Source of the DNA: Candidatus Melainabacteria bacterium 17Bon1m
Lineage (GTDB): Bacteria; Cyanobacteriota; Vampirovibrionia; Obscuribacterales; Obscuribacteraceae
Assembly (NCBI GenBank): GCA_032128875.1
Contig: JAVLKG010000006.1
Coordinates: forward strand, 64,001-128,000
DNA: 64,000 nucleotides
Direction: 5' to 3'
Shown here piece after piece: positions 38,348 through 48,373 of the stretch. The position numbers and the translations under genes were made by a program. Positions within the stretch are counted from its first letter, which is position 1; the number at the start of each line of letters is the position of its first letter. The notes beneath the pieces were generated by a model that was given only the letters and a program-made list of their open reading frames with translations, made no database searches and had not been told where the DNA came from.

Positions 38348-39346
38348 CTACCCGTTGGAGGTGTTGAAGAATTCTAAGAACGCGTCTTTGACGGTTTGAG
38401 AATTGAGTTTACTTTGCGCTTTTTGCGTCGTGTTCAAGTGTGGAACAATATCTTTGATGTCCTCTGCCGACCAGATGTTCTTGCCTTCCAGTCTATTGAG
38501 CCTTTCGGCCATAGGTTTCAAATGCAGGCGTGGTTGCGGTTTTCGCACTACCGTTTCAACCCAGGTTTCATAACGATAGTAAAAATCATGGCGCTCACCA
38601 TCAGTGACCAGAATGCGCGACGAATTGGTCGAATTGTGCACGGCAAATTGATGGCAGACTGAGTGAGTCCAGCGCGCGCCGTCTACTTTTGGACGGCCCG
38701 CCACCCATTTTTTGCTGTTCGGTGTCTCAACGATACTGAAATCCAGGTCTGCATGTTCTTCGATTTTGATGGAACCGCTTCTTATAGCGTCCTCGCTCCA
38801 GTCTAGAAGCGTGTCTTCTTCTTTCCAGTACTGTTCCAAAAAATGCACGCGCTGAAATAAATTCGAGAAGCGAGGCAGCAATTCCTCGTAGAGAATTGAC
38901 GTTACTTCGTCGTATGGTCGGCGAAAGACGCCTCTATTGAGCGGCGACTTGTCTGGCTGTGCCCAAGCCTGGAGCACGAAAGCGACATGAGCAGCTTCCC
39001 GGTTTTTGTAAGTCCCGAAGTCGCCAACCGTCGCTACGTCCAGCAAGAACTCCTTTTCTGCTAGAGCTTGCTCGGGATTGAGCAGCGCAAAAATTCCGAC
39101 AATGCCGTCTTCGTCGAAATGATTGTTCGACACGGCTTCGGCTTTTGCCTTGAGAGAATCGGCTTCCGGCGAGCAAAGAAAGTTGAAAACTATCTCAGCG
39201 GAAAGGTCTGCCTTGTACGCCGAAGGACTTCCGCTGCCCGGCCAATGGCTGAGTGTGACCACTGTCGACTCAATAGGAACCGAATCGACAATGATGTTTG
39301 GGGTGGCTCCCAGACGGTTGTACGGCAGGTATTCCAAGCTTTGCAT
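38348..39346 (-). CDS. Conserved hypothetical protein (DUF6687-like; DHH-phosphoesterase-like metal motif)
   Basis: IIVDS, LSHWPG, ADLSAEI, SNNHFDEDG, GDF. Confidence 0.7.
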   Translation of the reverse strand: MQSLEYLPYNRLGATPNIIVDSVPIESTVVTLSHWPGSGSPSAYKADLSAEIVFNFLCSPEADSLKAKAEAVSNNHFDEDGIVGIFALLNPEQALAEKEFLLDVATVGDFGTYKNREAAHVAFVLQAWAQPDKSPLNRGVFRRPYDEVTSILYEELLPRFSNLFQRVHFLEQYWKEEDTLLDWSEDAIRSGSIKIEEHADLDFSIVETPNSKKWVAGRPKVDGARWTHSVCHQFAVHNSTNSSRILVTDGERHDFYYRYETWVETVVRKPQPRLHLKPMAERLNRLEGKNIWSAEDIKDIVPHLNTTQKAQSKLNSQTVKDAFLEFFNTSNG

Positions 39347-39609
39347 TGGCTTATTCTATGGGTTTTGTAATAAGGAAGATGACTATTTGTAATTGCGAAC
39401 AAATACGAAAGGTTTTGGTAGCTATCGCAAAAACCCTGATGCTATGCCGCTTTTGAAAAACGGCACTTTCCCTTAATAAGTAAAAATGTTGAGAAATCTA
39501 AGTTTCAAGGCACTACAGGGTTGCGTTCCCCTGACAGCTACTTACAATTAACCAACTACGAACGACAACTCCTCCTAAGCCGTTACTATCTATGGGGTCT
39601 CAACTGGTA

Positions 39610-40614
39610 ATGAAAGCTCTTGTCCTTGATAAACCGGGCACTCCCGACAGCCTGTATGCCACCGAAGTCGATCTGCCAAAACCGGGTCCTGGCGAAGTGC
39701 GCGTCCGCGTCCATGCCGCAGGTCTCAATCCAATCGACTACAAACTATGCTCCACCGGTAATCCTGACTGGAAATACCCGCAAATCCTCGGACTCGACGT
39801 CGCCGGCGTAGTTGACGCTCTCGGCGCAGACGTCGATGAGTGGATGGAAGGCGATCAAGTTTACTTCCACGGCGATTTTTCTCGCCGCGGCGGTTTCGGT
39901 CAATATGCCATTGCTAAATCCAGAGCCCTTGCCTGGATGCCTGAAGGTCTTTCCTTCATCGAAGCAGCAGCATTGCCCTGCGCAGGCTTCACCGCCTACC
40001 AGGCTCTGCACAGAAAACTCAAAGTTCAAGCTGGAAAAACCATCCTCATCCACGGCGGCGCCGGCGGAGTGGGTGGTTTCTCTGTTCAATTGGCTCGCCT
40101 GGCCGGTTTGAAAATCATCGCTACCTGCTCGCGTCACAACGCCAAGTTCGTCAAGGACCTGGGTGCCGAGCACGTCATCGACTATCAAGCTGAGAATGTC
40201 GGCGACAAAGTAAAACTCATCACGGAAGGAAAAGGCGTCGACTACATCATCGATACCGTTTCTCCCGAAAACGCTACTGCTTCGCTCTCAATGTTGGCGC
40301 TCAATGGAGCAATCGCCTGCATCGCCGGTTTGCCTGATTTCTATGAAGTCGAGCAATTGAAGAAAGCGATCTCCATCCACCAAGTGGACCTGGGCGCTGC
40401 CTATCAATCCGAAGATGAAAGCGCTCTTGATGAACTGGCAAGAATTGGTATCGAATTTGGTGCATTAGCCGCCAAGGGTCAAATCAAGCCGATGGTTGAA
40501 GAAACCGTCAGCCTGGAGGAAATTCCGGATGCTTTGACTCGTTTGTCCATGCGTCACGTTCGCGGCAAAATTGTTGCCAACGTTCCGCAAACAGCAAGAG
40601 AAACCACCAAGTAA
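39610..40614 (+). CDS. MDR-family NAD(P)-dependent oxidoreductase (quinone reductase / zinc-binding dehydrogenase-like)
   Basis: EVRVRVHAAGLNPIDYK, ILGLDVAGVV, EAAALPCAGFTAYQAL, LIHGGAGGVG, RGKIV. Confidence 0.9.
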   Translation: MKALVLDKPGTPDSLYATEVDLPKPGPGEVRVRVHAAGLNPIDYKLCSTGNPDWKYPQILGLDVAGVVDALGADVDEWMEGDQVYFHGDFSRRGGFGQYAIAKSRALAWMPEGLSFIEAAALPCAGFTAYQALHRKLKVQAGKTILIHGGAGGVGGFSVQLARLAGLKIIATCSRHNAKFVKDLGAEHVIDYQAENVGDKVKLITEGKGVDYIIDTVSPENATASLSMLALNGAIACIAGLPDFYEVEQLKKAISIHQVDLGAAYQSEDESALDELARIGIEFGALAAKGQIKPMVEETVSLEEIPDALTRLSMRHVRGKIVANVPQTARETTK

Positions 40615-40686
40615 GCAATCGGGCACGACGAGCAGGAGACGCCTGCTCTCCTGACCATCAGTTTGCTATTTGCGAAAGTACATAAG

Positions 40687-40719
40687 AAAGCCCCGGCTAA
40701 GCGCTGGGGCTTTTTCTTT
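40687..40719 (+). terminator. Rho-independent terminator
   Basis: AAAGCCCCGGC-TAAGC-GCTGGGGCTTTTTCTTT about 70 nt after the oxidoreductase stop. Confidence 0.8.
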
Positions 40720-40915
40720 GATGACTAAAAGTTAACAAGCCGTCGCCAGGCTGTTGCCCTGCATTGTCAGCCTGTAAGCGTTTTGAAAACTTTCCCAGAA
40801 GCAAGCCTGTGTGGGGCTCATTCCTTAAGCCTCCTTACTTGGCAATGACCGTGACCATAAGGGACAATGCGCCTTTCTGAAGCATTTCGCATGGGCCGCC
40901 TGGAGGAAAACTAAG

Positions 40916-42028
40916 GTGTCGGACAAATTCGAAGGCGATTACATCGAACAACATTCCACAGACATCGAGTCTTTGGAAATGGCATTTCGCTTCGCAACGA
41001 CAGCCTTGCCGCCGGAAAAGAAGAGCGGACTGGCCTACACAATTAGCATGTGGTCCAGGCCTTTTGTCCTCGCTCACCGCATTCCTGTATTCAAGCGCGT
41101 CTGGTTGTACGTGGCAATGATGGCTGTTTATGCCTTTGCCGTAGATTGGATCGCCGACCGGATGATAACGACCCACCTCTTCAAAGAATTCGGTTCTGTC
41201 TCCTCAATGGGGATCATCCTTGGTTTGCTCCTCGTTTTTCGGACCAACTCAGCCTATGAGAGATGGTGGGAAGGTCGAAAACTCTGGGGGCAACTCGTCA
41301 ACGATTCACGCAACATATGCTTGAAGATACGAGCTCTGGATACCATTGCCCCCAGTGAGAAAGTCCGCTTCGGGGAGTTGATTATCTCTTTCTCCTACGC
41401 GCTCAAGCATCACCTGCGCAATACCATCCCCAGCCGCCCGCTGCCTGGCGTTGGTCCTGTGTCCGATTCGGAAGTGAGAAATGTGCCGCTGCATGTCGCA
41501 GCAAAAATCTACGATCTGCTCTTGCAGTGGCGCCGAGATGGTCATGTAGACACGATTATGTCTATGCAATTGGACGGTCACGCGCTGCAATTGATGAACA
41601 TCCAGGGCTCATGCGAGCGGATTAAGAACAGCCCCATCGCCATCTCCTATCGCGCCTTTATGCGCCAAGGTATTGCGCTCAACTTGCTGGCGATGCCGTG
41701 GTATTTGTCGCAAGAATTTTCTATCTGGTGGCTGCTGCCCCTGATCATGATCAGTACATACTTCTTGATCGGTATCGAGCTTATTGCAGAAGACGTCGAA
41801 GATCCGTTCGGCTATGACGGCGATGACCTGCCCTTAGATAACATCTGCGCCGGCATCAAAGACACTGTCAGTCAGATTCTCAAAGTCAGAGACGACCGCA
41901 AGTTTACGCGCTCAATGGAGATGCCCCGTTTTGATTTGCTCAAATCGGACGGTCCAATACTAAATCCTAGAAGCTCAGGCACCAGCATGAAAGCTATGGA
42001 GCCTGGCAAAAAGCCTGACGCACAGTGA
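40916..42028 (+). CDS. Bestrophin-family (YneE-like) anion channel
   Basis: LLVFRTNSAYERWWEGRKLWGQLVN, CERIKNSP, IAEDVEDPFG...DDLPL. Confidence 0.92.
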   Translation: MSDKFEGDYIEQHSTDIESLEMAFRFATTALPPEKKSGLAYTISMWSRPFVLAHRIPVFKRVWLYVAMMAVYAFAVDWIADRMITTHLFKEFGSVSSMGIILGLLLVFRTNSAYERWWEGRKLWGQLVNDSRNICLKIRALDTIAPSEKVRFGELIISFSYALKHHLRNTIPSRPLPGVGPVSDSEVRNVPLHVAAKIYDLLLQWRRDGHVDTIMSMQLDGHALQLMNIQGSCERIKNSPIAISYRAFMRQGIALNLLAMPWYLSQEFSIWWLLPLIMISTYFLIGIELIAEDVEDPFGYDGDDLPLDNICAGIKDTVSQILKVRDDRKFTRSMEMPRFDLLKSDGPILNPRSSGTSMKAMEPGKKPDAQ

Positions 42029-42037
42029 TGTGCAGTC

Positions 42038-42721
42038 CTATTCTTCTTTCTTGTCCGGGTCGACTTCCTGGACAATTAGTTTTGGCGTGTTGGCGCCCAT
42101 CTGCGCTTTCAATGCCATCAGCTCAACGTCCACATCCATCTGCTTTTCGGCGTTCTTGAACTTATCGTCTTGGGCCATTTCTGTAAGCGCTTCGCCGCGC
42201 GCTTCTTTCATGCGGATCTTCTCTTCAATTGCATCCATGCTCTTTCCCGATGCACTGGACATCATGTCTTGAGCGTTTGCCACGGCATCGCCGGCTTTGG
42301 CGCGTGCGACCAGACTTTTCTGCTTGATTCTATATTCGCGCAGTTTTTCTTCAATCTCTGCGTACCGCTGCTTGAGCGACTCTTTTGATGTTTTGGCTTC
42401 GTCCAGTTGAGCCTGCAGCGCTTTGCCGTTTGCTTCCAACTCGATTTTTTTTGAAAGGCATTGTTTGGCGACGTCGTCATTGTCTTGAGAAACCGCAACA
42501 GCCGCGCGCTTTACCCACTGTTCTAAATCTTGCTGATTCTTCTCTTGCTGTTTTTGCAGCATCTTTTCTCGCGTTATGGCTTCCGTCGTCGCTTCCTTGA
42601 GCTGCTTCAGGAGATTCTCCAGCTCAGTTTCTCCCATCTGGGCAAGAATTTCAGGCGTTTCGAGCTTTGACACACCCTTGTCCAGCATCCCTTTCATTAC
42701 ATTTTTGAGTCGGTCAAACAT
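42038..42721 (-). CDS. pspA: PspA/IM30 family protein
   Basis: MFDRL.....G......LETPE, W..RA.VA.....DD.AK..L..K, L.ARAK, IEEKI...EA, VD.EL.ALKAQM. Confidence 0.85.
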   Translation of the reverse strand: MFDRLKNVMKGMLDKGVSKLETPEILAQMGETELENLLKQLKEATTEAITREKMLQKQQEKNQQDLEQWVKRAAVAVSQDNDDVAKQCLSKKIELEANGKALQAQLDEAKTSKESLKQRYAEIEEKLREYRIKQKSLVARAKAGDAVANAQDMMSSASGKSMDAIEEKIRMKEARGEALTEMAQDDKFKNAEKQMDVDVELMALKAQMGANTPKLIVQEVDPDKKEE

Positions 42722-42743
42722 CGCCTTCTCCTTTAAGTACTAG

Positions 42744-43841
42744 CTAGTCTATGCCCAGGAATTCCCGAATGAGACCGTGGAAGTGATGTACCCCGCCCTC
42801 GTGTTTTGGCGAATAGCGCCCACTATCGTAAAACCGCGAAGACATGCCGCGCTGTACTTTTTCAACTATGTCTTCGTCTTCTCGTTCAACTTTATCTAGT
42901 GCGGCTCCTGCGCCCGTCGCGATCTTCGACTCGTCATATACATATGTGAGAAAAGAAACTTTTGATCTGTCCACCGCCAGTGGTGTCACCACATTGATGG
43001 ACAAGCCCCACGGATAGAAGTTGAACATCATGTTGGGAAAGAGAAAATAATAGTAGGCGGCGATGTTCCGACCATGATCGGGTGAGTCTTTCGGGATGTC
43101 TTCAAACCCTTCTCCGCTGGTCGATGAAACACCGATTTGCAAACTTGCAAAATCGAAGATTTCGTTTGAATAGTCTTTTACATCAAGCGCCGCCGCCAGA
43201 TCCGGATGGACATAGGGTATGTGAAAACCTTCCAAATAATTGTCTACATAGAGCGCCCAGTTGGCGCGGACAATATAATCTCGCGATCTCGACGGGCTGA
43301 AAACATACTCTTCAACAGGCAGAAAGTCGACCCTATCGCTCATTGGTTGAGTCAAATCGCTGAGTGCAAAGAGTGGCGTGTCAGTAGTCGGAGCCGCAAA
43401 GAGAAACTTTCTCCAACTGGCAAATGGAACCGACTGCAAATGATCGGACTCGGCAGGGAAATCGGCGACTCCTTCAAAACCAGGCGCAGTGACCATCTGA
43501 CCGTCCAGCGCAAAGCGCCGACCGTGATATCTGCAGCGCAAAGATTGCGCGTGGCATTCTCCTTCGACAAGAAGATTGCCCCTGTGAGTGCACACATTGG
43601 AAAGACAATGCAGTTGATCGTCTGCATCACGTGTCATGATGATGGGCTCGTTTAGAAAACCGTCCATGACTGAATGCGGCACCACTTGTCCGGGCGCCTT
43701 CAGGCGATCTACATCAGTGACTAGTTGCCAGCTGCGAGCGAAAATCATCTCTTTCATCTCTTCCAGCAAGCTGGCATCTTTGTAGAACATGGACGGTAAA
43801 GTCCGCATATTGCCTATGTTGTCGCCATTGCCCCCAGTCAT
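42744..43841 (-). CDS. Rieske non-heme iron oxygenase alpha subunit (choline monooxygenase/CntA-like)
   Basis: NVCTHRG...CRYHG Rieske motif and ANW...DNYLEGFHIPYVHP mononuclear Fe motif. Start placed at the ATGA overlap with the upstream gene. Confidence 0.88.
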   Translation of the reverse strand: MTGGNGDNIGNMRTLPSMFYKDASLLEEMKEMIFARSWQLVTDVDRLKAPGQVVPHSVMDGFLNEPIIMTRDADDQLHCLSNVCTHRGNLLVEGECHAQSLRCRYHGRRFALDGQMVTAPGFEGVADFPAESDHLQSVPFASWRKFLFAAPTTDTPLFALSDLTQPMSDRVDFLPVEEYVFSPSRSRDYIVRANWALYVDNYLEGFHIPYVHPDLAAALDVKDYSNEIFDFASLQIGVSSTSGEGFEDIPKDSPDHGRNIAAYYYFLFPNMMFNFYPWGLSINVVTPLAVDRSKVSFLTYVYDESKIATGAGAALDKVEREDEDIVEKVQRGMSSRFYDSGRYSPKHEGGVHHFHGLIREFLGID

Positions 43842-44323
43842 TTTTTCTTTTCTCCGCTCTTGATTTCGGGAGCCAATTTCACTTCTTGTATTTTGATGAG
43901 ATTGCATCCGCCCTTGCGTGCGATCCAGCCTTTTACCACGACACGCTTGGCTACAAACGGCAGTAACAAGTCCTTGCAGCCGGTGTACCCTTTGTGTTTT
44001 GCTGCAATGAAAAGCTCACCTGTCTTTTCGTCTAGAATGCCTGCGGACACGCCACCATGAATACATGCAAGCGCACACGCTTTATGTTTTTCTCCGCGTC
44101 CTGGTCCCATCACTTGTGACGCGTAGCACCAGGCATCAACGACTTCTCCTGTCATTTCCACCTTCTTGGTGGCTGGTATCAATCGTTGTTTGTCAACGGG
44201 AATTTCACTCTGCGGTTTCAGTCTCTCTGCAAGAGTTGGTTGGAGGGGAGCAAGAAAACACGCGAAAAAAAATAGCAGTGCAAGAAGTTTCAAGCTAGCG
44301 CCCCTCACCATATTCGGTGTCAC
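43838..44323 (-). CDS. Exported hypothetical protein with conserved-looking Cys/His motif
   Basis: Signal peptide followed by GEVVDAWCY...HKACALACIHGG. Confidence 0.78.
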   Translation of the reverse strand: MTPNMVRGASLKLLALLFFFACFLAPLQPTLAERLKPQSEIPVDKQRLIPATKKVEMTGEVVDAWCYASQVMGPGRGEKHKACALACIHGGVSAGILDEKTGELFIAAKHKGYTGCKDLLLPFVAKRVVVKGWIARKGGCNLIKIQEVKLAPEIKSGEKKK

Positions 44324-45630
44324 CTCGTGGCGTCGGCAGAGGCAGTTGCTTCAGGCTCAGTTGCCGGCTCCACTTTCTTTGGCGGTTTGAGCATGTCTTT
44401 CAGTTTCCACGACCAGTCTTTGTCGCGCTTGGCGAGCTTATCGGAAAGACTGTATAGTGCCATCGAAATTTCTTGATCTTTCATTCGGAATGCATGTGCC
44501 TTTTGGTAGCACTGCAGCGCCTGTTGATAGTCCTTGGCGTAAATCTCGTAGTCTTTACCCAGTCTGTACCAACCGCGACCGAAAGCTGGCTCTTCTTGCA
44601 GTCCTCGCTTGTACTGTTCCATAGCCAGTCGATGCATGTTGACGCCGTCGAGAACATCACCGAGCGCAAAGAAAAACGCACCGGGCGGGTGCTTTCCTAT
44701 TTTGATGGTGGCAGACTTTATGGCCATCTCGATGTCATCCGGTTTTGTGTGGCGGAAAACTTCAATGAGGCGCGACTTCTCTTTTGGATTATTGGAATCG
44801 AGCGAAGCTGTTGCACCAAGTGCAAGGATGGAAGGCTCTAATGCAATTTTCCATTTGCCTGCCCAAACTGCGCATGCCGCCAGGTTTTCAGCAAGACCCT
44901 GTTTGAAAGGCTGTTGTTCGTAGGCCTTGCTGAGAGGACCGATTGATTGTTCAAATTTGCCGGTGCTCGCCAGTGCCAATCCATAGATTCTGTTGGCCAT
45001 AGCGTAGTTGGGATCTTTGGCAAGATCCGCTTGTGCTAAGACTTTTGCCTGAGCGAAATCGCCTTCCAGCAGTTTGATTTCAGCAAATGCAGAAGGCAAT
45101 CCGAGAATTGGTTTTTTCTGACTCATCGCCAAAATGTAGGCGGTTTTTGCTTCTTCCCAGCGACCTTTCGACTGAAGGAAGTTGCCGCTCCAGAAGAGCA
45201 CTTCGGGGTCGTTGGGAAACTTTTTCTTTGCCTCACCGATCAGTCCCATTGCCGAGGGCACCTGACCCATTTTGATTTGTGCCTTTACCAATTCGACAAA
45301 TGTCTTTGGTTCGCTCGGTCCGAATTTCGTCGCTAACTTGAATTCTTCAAGAGCCTGTTCTGGCAAGCCCAGCTTGTCATAACAGTTGCCCAGATAAAGA
45401 TGCGCCCTGTAATTGTTGGGTTCTCTTTGAATTATTTCGTCCAACTGCGCGTAGACATCTTCGCCTAATTCGTCTTTCTCGATGCGTTTTTCAATATTAT
45501 CGAGTTGTGTTTTTGAACTTGCTGCAGGTGACGCAGCGCCGGCACTGAGGCTCAATTGAGGCTGAATGCTGATTAGAGCAGAAACTAACGGCACCACAAA
45601 CGAGCAAAAAATCGAACGTCTTTTTGTCAC
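44320..45630 (-). CDS. Exported TPR protein
   Basis: Signal peptide and TPRs (AHLYLGNCYDKLG; GWYRLGKDY). Confidence 0.85.
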   Translation of the reverse strand: MTKRRSIFCSFVVPLVSALISIQPQLSLSAGAASPAASSKTQLDNIEKRIEKDELGEDVYAQLDEIIQREPNNYRAHLYLGNCYDKLGLPEQALEEFKLATKFGPSEPKTFVELVKAQIKMGQVPSAMGLIGEAKKKFPNDPEVLFWSGNFLQSKGRWEEAKTAYILAMSQKKPILGLPSAFAEIKLLEGDFAQAKVLAQADLAKDPNYAMANRIYGLALASTGKFEQSIGPLSKAYEQQPFKQGLAENLAACAVWAGKWKIALEPSILALGATASLDSNNPKEKSRLIEVFRHTKPDDIEMAIKSATIKIGKHPPGAFFFALGDVLDGVNMHRLAMEQYKRGLQEEPAFGRGWYRLGKDYEIYAKDYQQALQCYQKAHAFRMKDQEISMALYSLSDKLAKRDKDWSWKLKDMLKPPKKVEPATEPEATASADATR

Positions 45631-45634
45631 TCAA

Positions 45635-46153
45635 TCAAATCCCGAATTTGTAGGAGAGCACAACCAGTGTTCGGAAGCCAGGCTGTTTTGAGGGCGAGAT
45701 ACGCACCGTAAAAGTATTGTTGTCCTTGGCTGCCGAGACGTACTTGTCAGTCGGATTGGAAGTAAGCAATTGCCAACGGTACGTCTTCAATGCTGATTTA
45801 TACCACTCAAGCACTTCATTTTCGTCTTCTCTGACCCCAATAGTCATGCCAATTCTGACGCCGGAGCGGTCTCTTGGATACCTGAGTCCGGAGATGAAAA
45901 CAGCATGTCCAGTGTAATTGGGCACGTTGGGAAGTTCTACAATTCCGGTCAACTTGTCCGGTTTGAACTCGTCCGGTGCATGTTGAGTGGATGTATTCGG
46001 ACGGCTCAGGTTGGGCAGCTGATAACCGCCGATCTTGCCAGTGGTGGTGGAATTCTGTTGAGCAAGGACCGGATTTTCCATTGCAAGCCCGCTAGCGGCA
46101 GACAGGCAGATAATCGTGCCTGCGACTAACTTGGACCATTCAATCTTGAACAT
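45635..46153 (-). CDS. Exported hypothetical protein
   Basis: Signal peptide and AGGA SD. First gene of a tightly packed minus-strand run. Confidence 0.72.
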   Translation of the reverse strand: MFKIEWSKLVAGTIICLSAASGLAMENPVLAQQNSTTTGKIGGYQLPNLSRPNTSTQHAPDEFKPDKLTGIVELPNVPNYTGHAVFISGLRYPRDRSGVRIGMTIGVREDENEVLEWYKSALKTYRWQLLTSNPTDKYVSAAKDNNTFTVRISPSKQPGFRTLVVLSYKFGI

Positions 46154-46187
46154 TTTTCCTGAAGCCTCGCCAAATTACGCCTTTTGC

Positions 46188-46233
46188 TTTTGTGCGCCGG
46201 CTGGCGGCAAGAACCCAGCTGCGGCGCACAAAA
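46188..46233. other. Intergenic stem-loop (12-bp perfect outer stem)
   Basis: TTTTGTGCGCCG...CGGCGCACAAAA with no 3' U-tract on either strand. Confidence 0.55.
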
Positions 46234-46264
46234 TATAGGTTACCTCGTTTTGGGTTATTCCTGC

Positions 46265-48373
46265 TTAGCAGGGGCAATCCCACGGGTCAGTTGTTGCATT
46301 TACGCAGTTTCTGAAGCGCAGTACGCCTTGCAAGCAGTTGAAACCGGAGGAACGTTGCCAGAGCAGGTCAGACCTGGTTTGGTCTGGACCGGAACCGAAG
46401 CAGTCCCACGGACTCGGATAGCCTTGCTCGCCTTCGATGTTGACGAAGTTGCGATTGCCTGTGATGTTGCCGGTGCTGGCTGTTGTGCCCGTACCATCGG
46501 GAATAACGGCGTCACCGCTGATCCACGAAGGCAGCGAGCCTTTTGCCGTGAAGCGCAACTGGCGGCTGTCATCCATCCAGATATAACGCACTTGTCCCAT
46601 TGGCATCGATGCGCTCTCAAGGAATGAATTGATTTCGCTGTCCGACATCTCCGGTTTGATTTGTCTGATCTTCAAGAAGACCTGACTGGAGATGATATTG
46701 GCCAGCGGTGATGAGGGACTGTAGCTCTGGAAGCTTCTGATCAGTTTGCCTACAGTCGGAGCTTGCCCGAATGCAATTGGCTCGTTTGCGGTAATGCCGC
46801 CCAGAGGGAAGACTTTCATACCGGTGCAAACGTTTTCCATTCCGCTGACGATAGCTGGTCCACCACCCGGACGCGGGTTGATGACTTGTGCTTTGTATTT
46901 CTCGATCGCCATCAGTCCGTTGAGGCTGTTGCCGCTAGAACCATTTGGCAGTGTAAATCCGTAAGTCGTGGCCATTTGCTGCAAATTATTGAAGCAATTG
47001 GGATCGGCTTGTGGCGCGGTCGGAGTGGAGTTGTAATTGTCGCAGCTGGAAATCGGCACGCCCTGTGCCGGAATGCTGTCGGCTGCCGTTTGTTTTGGTG
47101 CCGGTCCGTCGAGCTTGTCGACCATTTGCTGCGGAACTGGATCGCTTGGATGGTCTTGTTTGAACTTTTGAATATCCAGGATGTCGTTGAGGTTGGTATC
47201 CATCGCCTTTCCACCTGGCGTTACGAATACCGGCTGGTTCATCAAAAGGTCGCTGAAGATATCGTTAGGTCCGCCGCCGTATGCCTGATCTGTCATACCG
47301 GCTGCCGGTCCTACGAAGTTGACTGGACCTGAAGGAATCGGGCCGTCTCCGTTGGCTACAACGATGTAGCCGCATGGAATCGATGCTGAATATTGTCCGG
47401 TCAAGTCGACACTACCGACGATGGCACAGGATCTTGCTGCCGTGCGGTCTCTCGTCTTGAGCTCCTGAGAGCTGCCGGCCGAGTGGAACGCGTTTGGCGG
47501 AACGCGTGTGTCAACTTGGTTGCCGCCACGCAATGGCGAAATCGAATTGTCCTTGAAGTCTGGAACGTTGACCAAGTGCGGCTTTTCCAGAGGACGCAGA
47601 GGCACGCCCATGAGTGGGTGGGAGTCTGACGTAATCCCCGGAACATTGATAAGCGAATATCCCTTTACGTAAGTATGGGACTGTTTGTTGACAGTGTTGT
47701 CGCTCAGGAAGCCTGGGGAAATGAATTGCGTATACTCAGTGGGCAAGACCATTTGACCGATCGTCAAATTGGTGCCGAAATTGCGAGCCATGTATGAGAT
47801 GTCTTTTTGTCCACTCACAGCAGTGGCATTGTTGCCGCCTGGATTGAGCATCTTCATTGGGGTTATCGAAGCAATCTGGCTGAAGCTGATGTCCTGTTGA
47901 ACGTCGTTTTTCAGCTTTTCAGCAAGTGTTACTGCAATACCATCATTAGGGTCGGTAAGAGAGTTGATCAGCGTTTTTGCATTGGCTATACCAGAAGGAG
48001 AAGGGTCGCCAAAGCCGTAGTTGTCTGAAATCGCGTTGACTGAAACGAGCAAGGCTTGTCCGACTGCTCTGTTGTAGGTAAGAAGATCAAGTTCGCCGTG
48101 AACCGGGTCTTTTGCCTGCATAAAGTTGTTTTTGGCAATCGTATGAATCGGATCGTTGAGATCGGAGGCGCCGTTGCCGAAGATGCGCAGGAATGGTCGC
48201 CGCATACTTTGTTTGGCGACGTTTAGGTTGCCTGCGTCAGTTGCGTGTTGCAGCTCTCTGCCGCCACCAAGCATTTTGACAAGGAAGAAGAAACCTAAAC
48301 CGATCACAATGATAAACAGCAGCAATGCTGCAATCAAAGCGAGAGTGGCTCCCCTACTGCGATTTCTGGTCAT
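46265..48373 (-). CDS. Large TadG-like pseudopilin/adhesin with Cys-rich C-terminus
   Basis: RSRG-ATLAL + TM + RELQHATDAG.L.VA (Tad N-terminal motif); many Cys; ends PWDCPC. Start could be further upstream (48424/48439). Confidence 0.72.
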   Translation of the reverse strand: MTRNRSRGATLALIAALLLFIIVIGLGFFFLVKMLGGGRELQHATDAGNLNVAKQSMRRPFLRIFGNGASDLNDPIHTIAKNNFMQAKDPVHGELDLLTYNRAVGQALLVSVNAISDNYGFGDPSPSGIANAKTLINSLTDPNDGIAVTLAEKLKNDVQQDISFSQIASITPMKMLNPGGNNATAVSGQKDISYMARNFGTNLTIGQMVLPTEYTQFISPGFLSDNTVNKQSHTYVKGYSLINVPGITSDSHPLMGVPLRPLEKPHLVNVPDFKDNSISPLRGGNQVDTRVPPNAFHSAGSSQELKTRDRTAARSCAIVGSVDLTGQYSASIPCGYIVVANGDGPIPSGPVNFVGPAAGMTDQAYGGGPNDIFSDLLMNQPVFVTPGGKAMDTNLNDILDIQKFKQDHPSDPVPQQMVDKLDGPAPKQTAADSIPAQGVPISSCDNYNSTPTAPQADPNCFNNLQQMATTYGFTLPNGSSGNSLNGLMAIEKYKAQVINPRPGGGPAIVSGMENVCTGMKVFPLGGITANEPIAFGQAPTVGKLIRSFQSYSPSSPLANIISSQVFLKIRQIKPEMSDSEINSFLESASMPMGQVRYIWMDDSRQLRFTAKGSLPSWISGDAVIPDGTGTTASTGNITGNRNFVNIEGEQGYPSPWDCFGSGPDQTRSDLLWQRSSGFNCLQGVLRFRNCVNATTDPWDCPC

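Noticed and set aside
40630-40650. GAGCAGG-AGACG-CCTGCTC hairpin (and CGCAGG-GCGA-CCTGCG near 8112) as a third repeat family
   Set aside because: The shared core is too short to separate from chance or from ordinary terminator-like hairpins.
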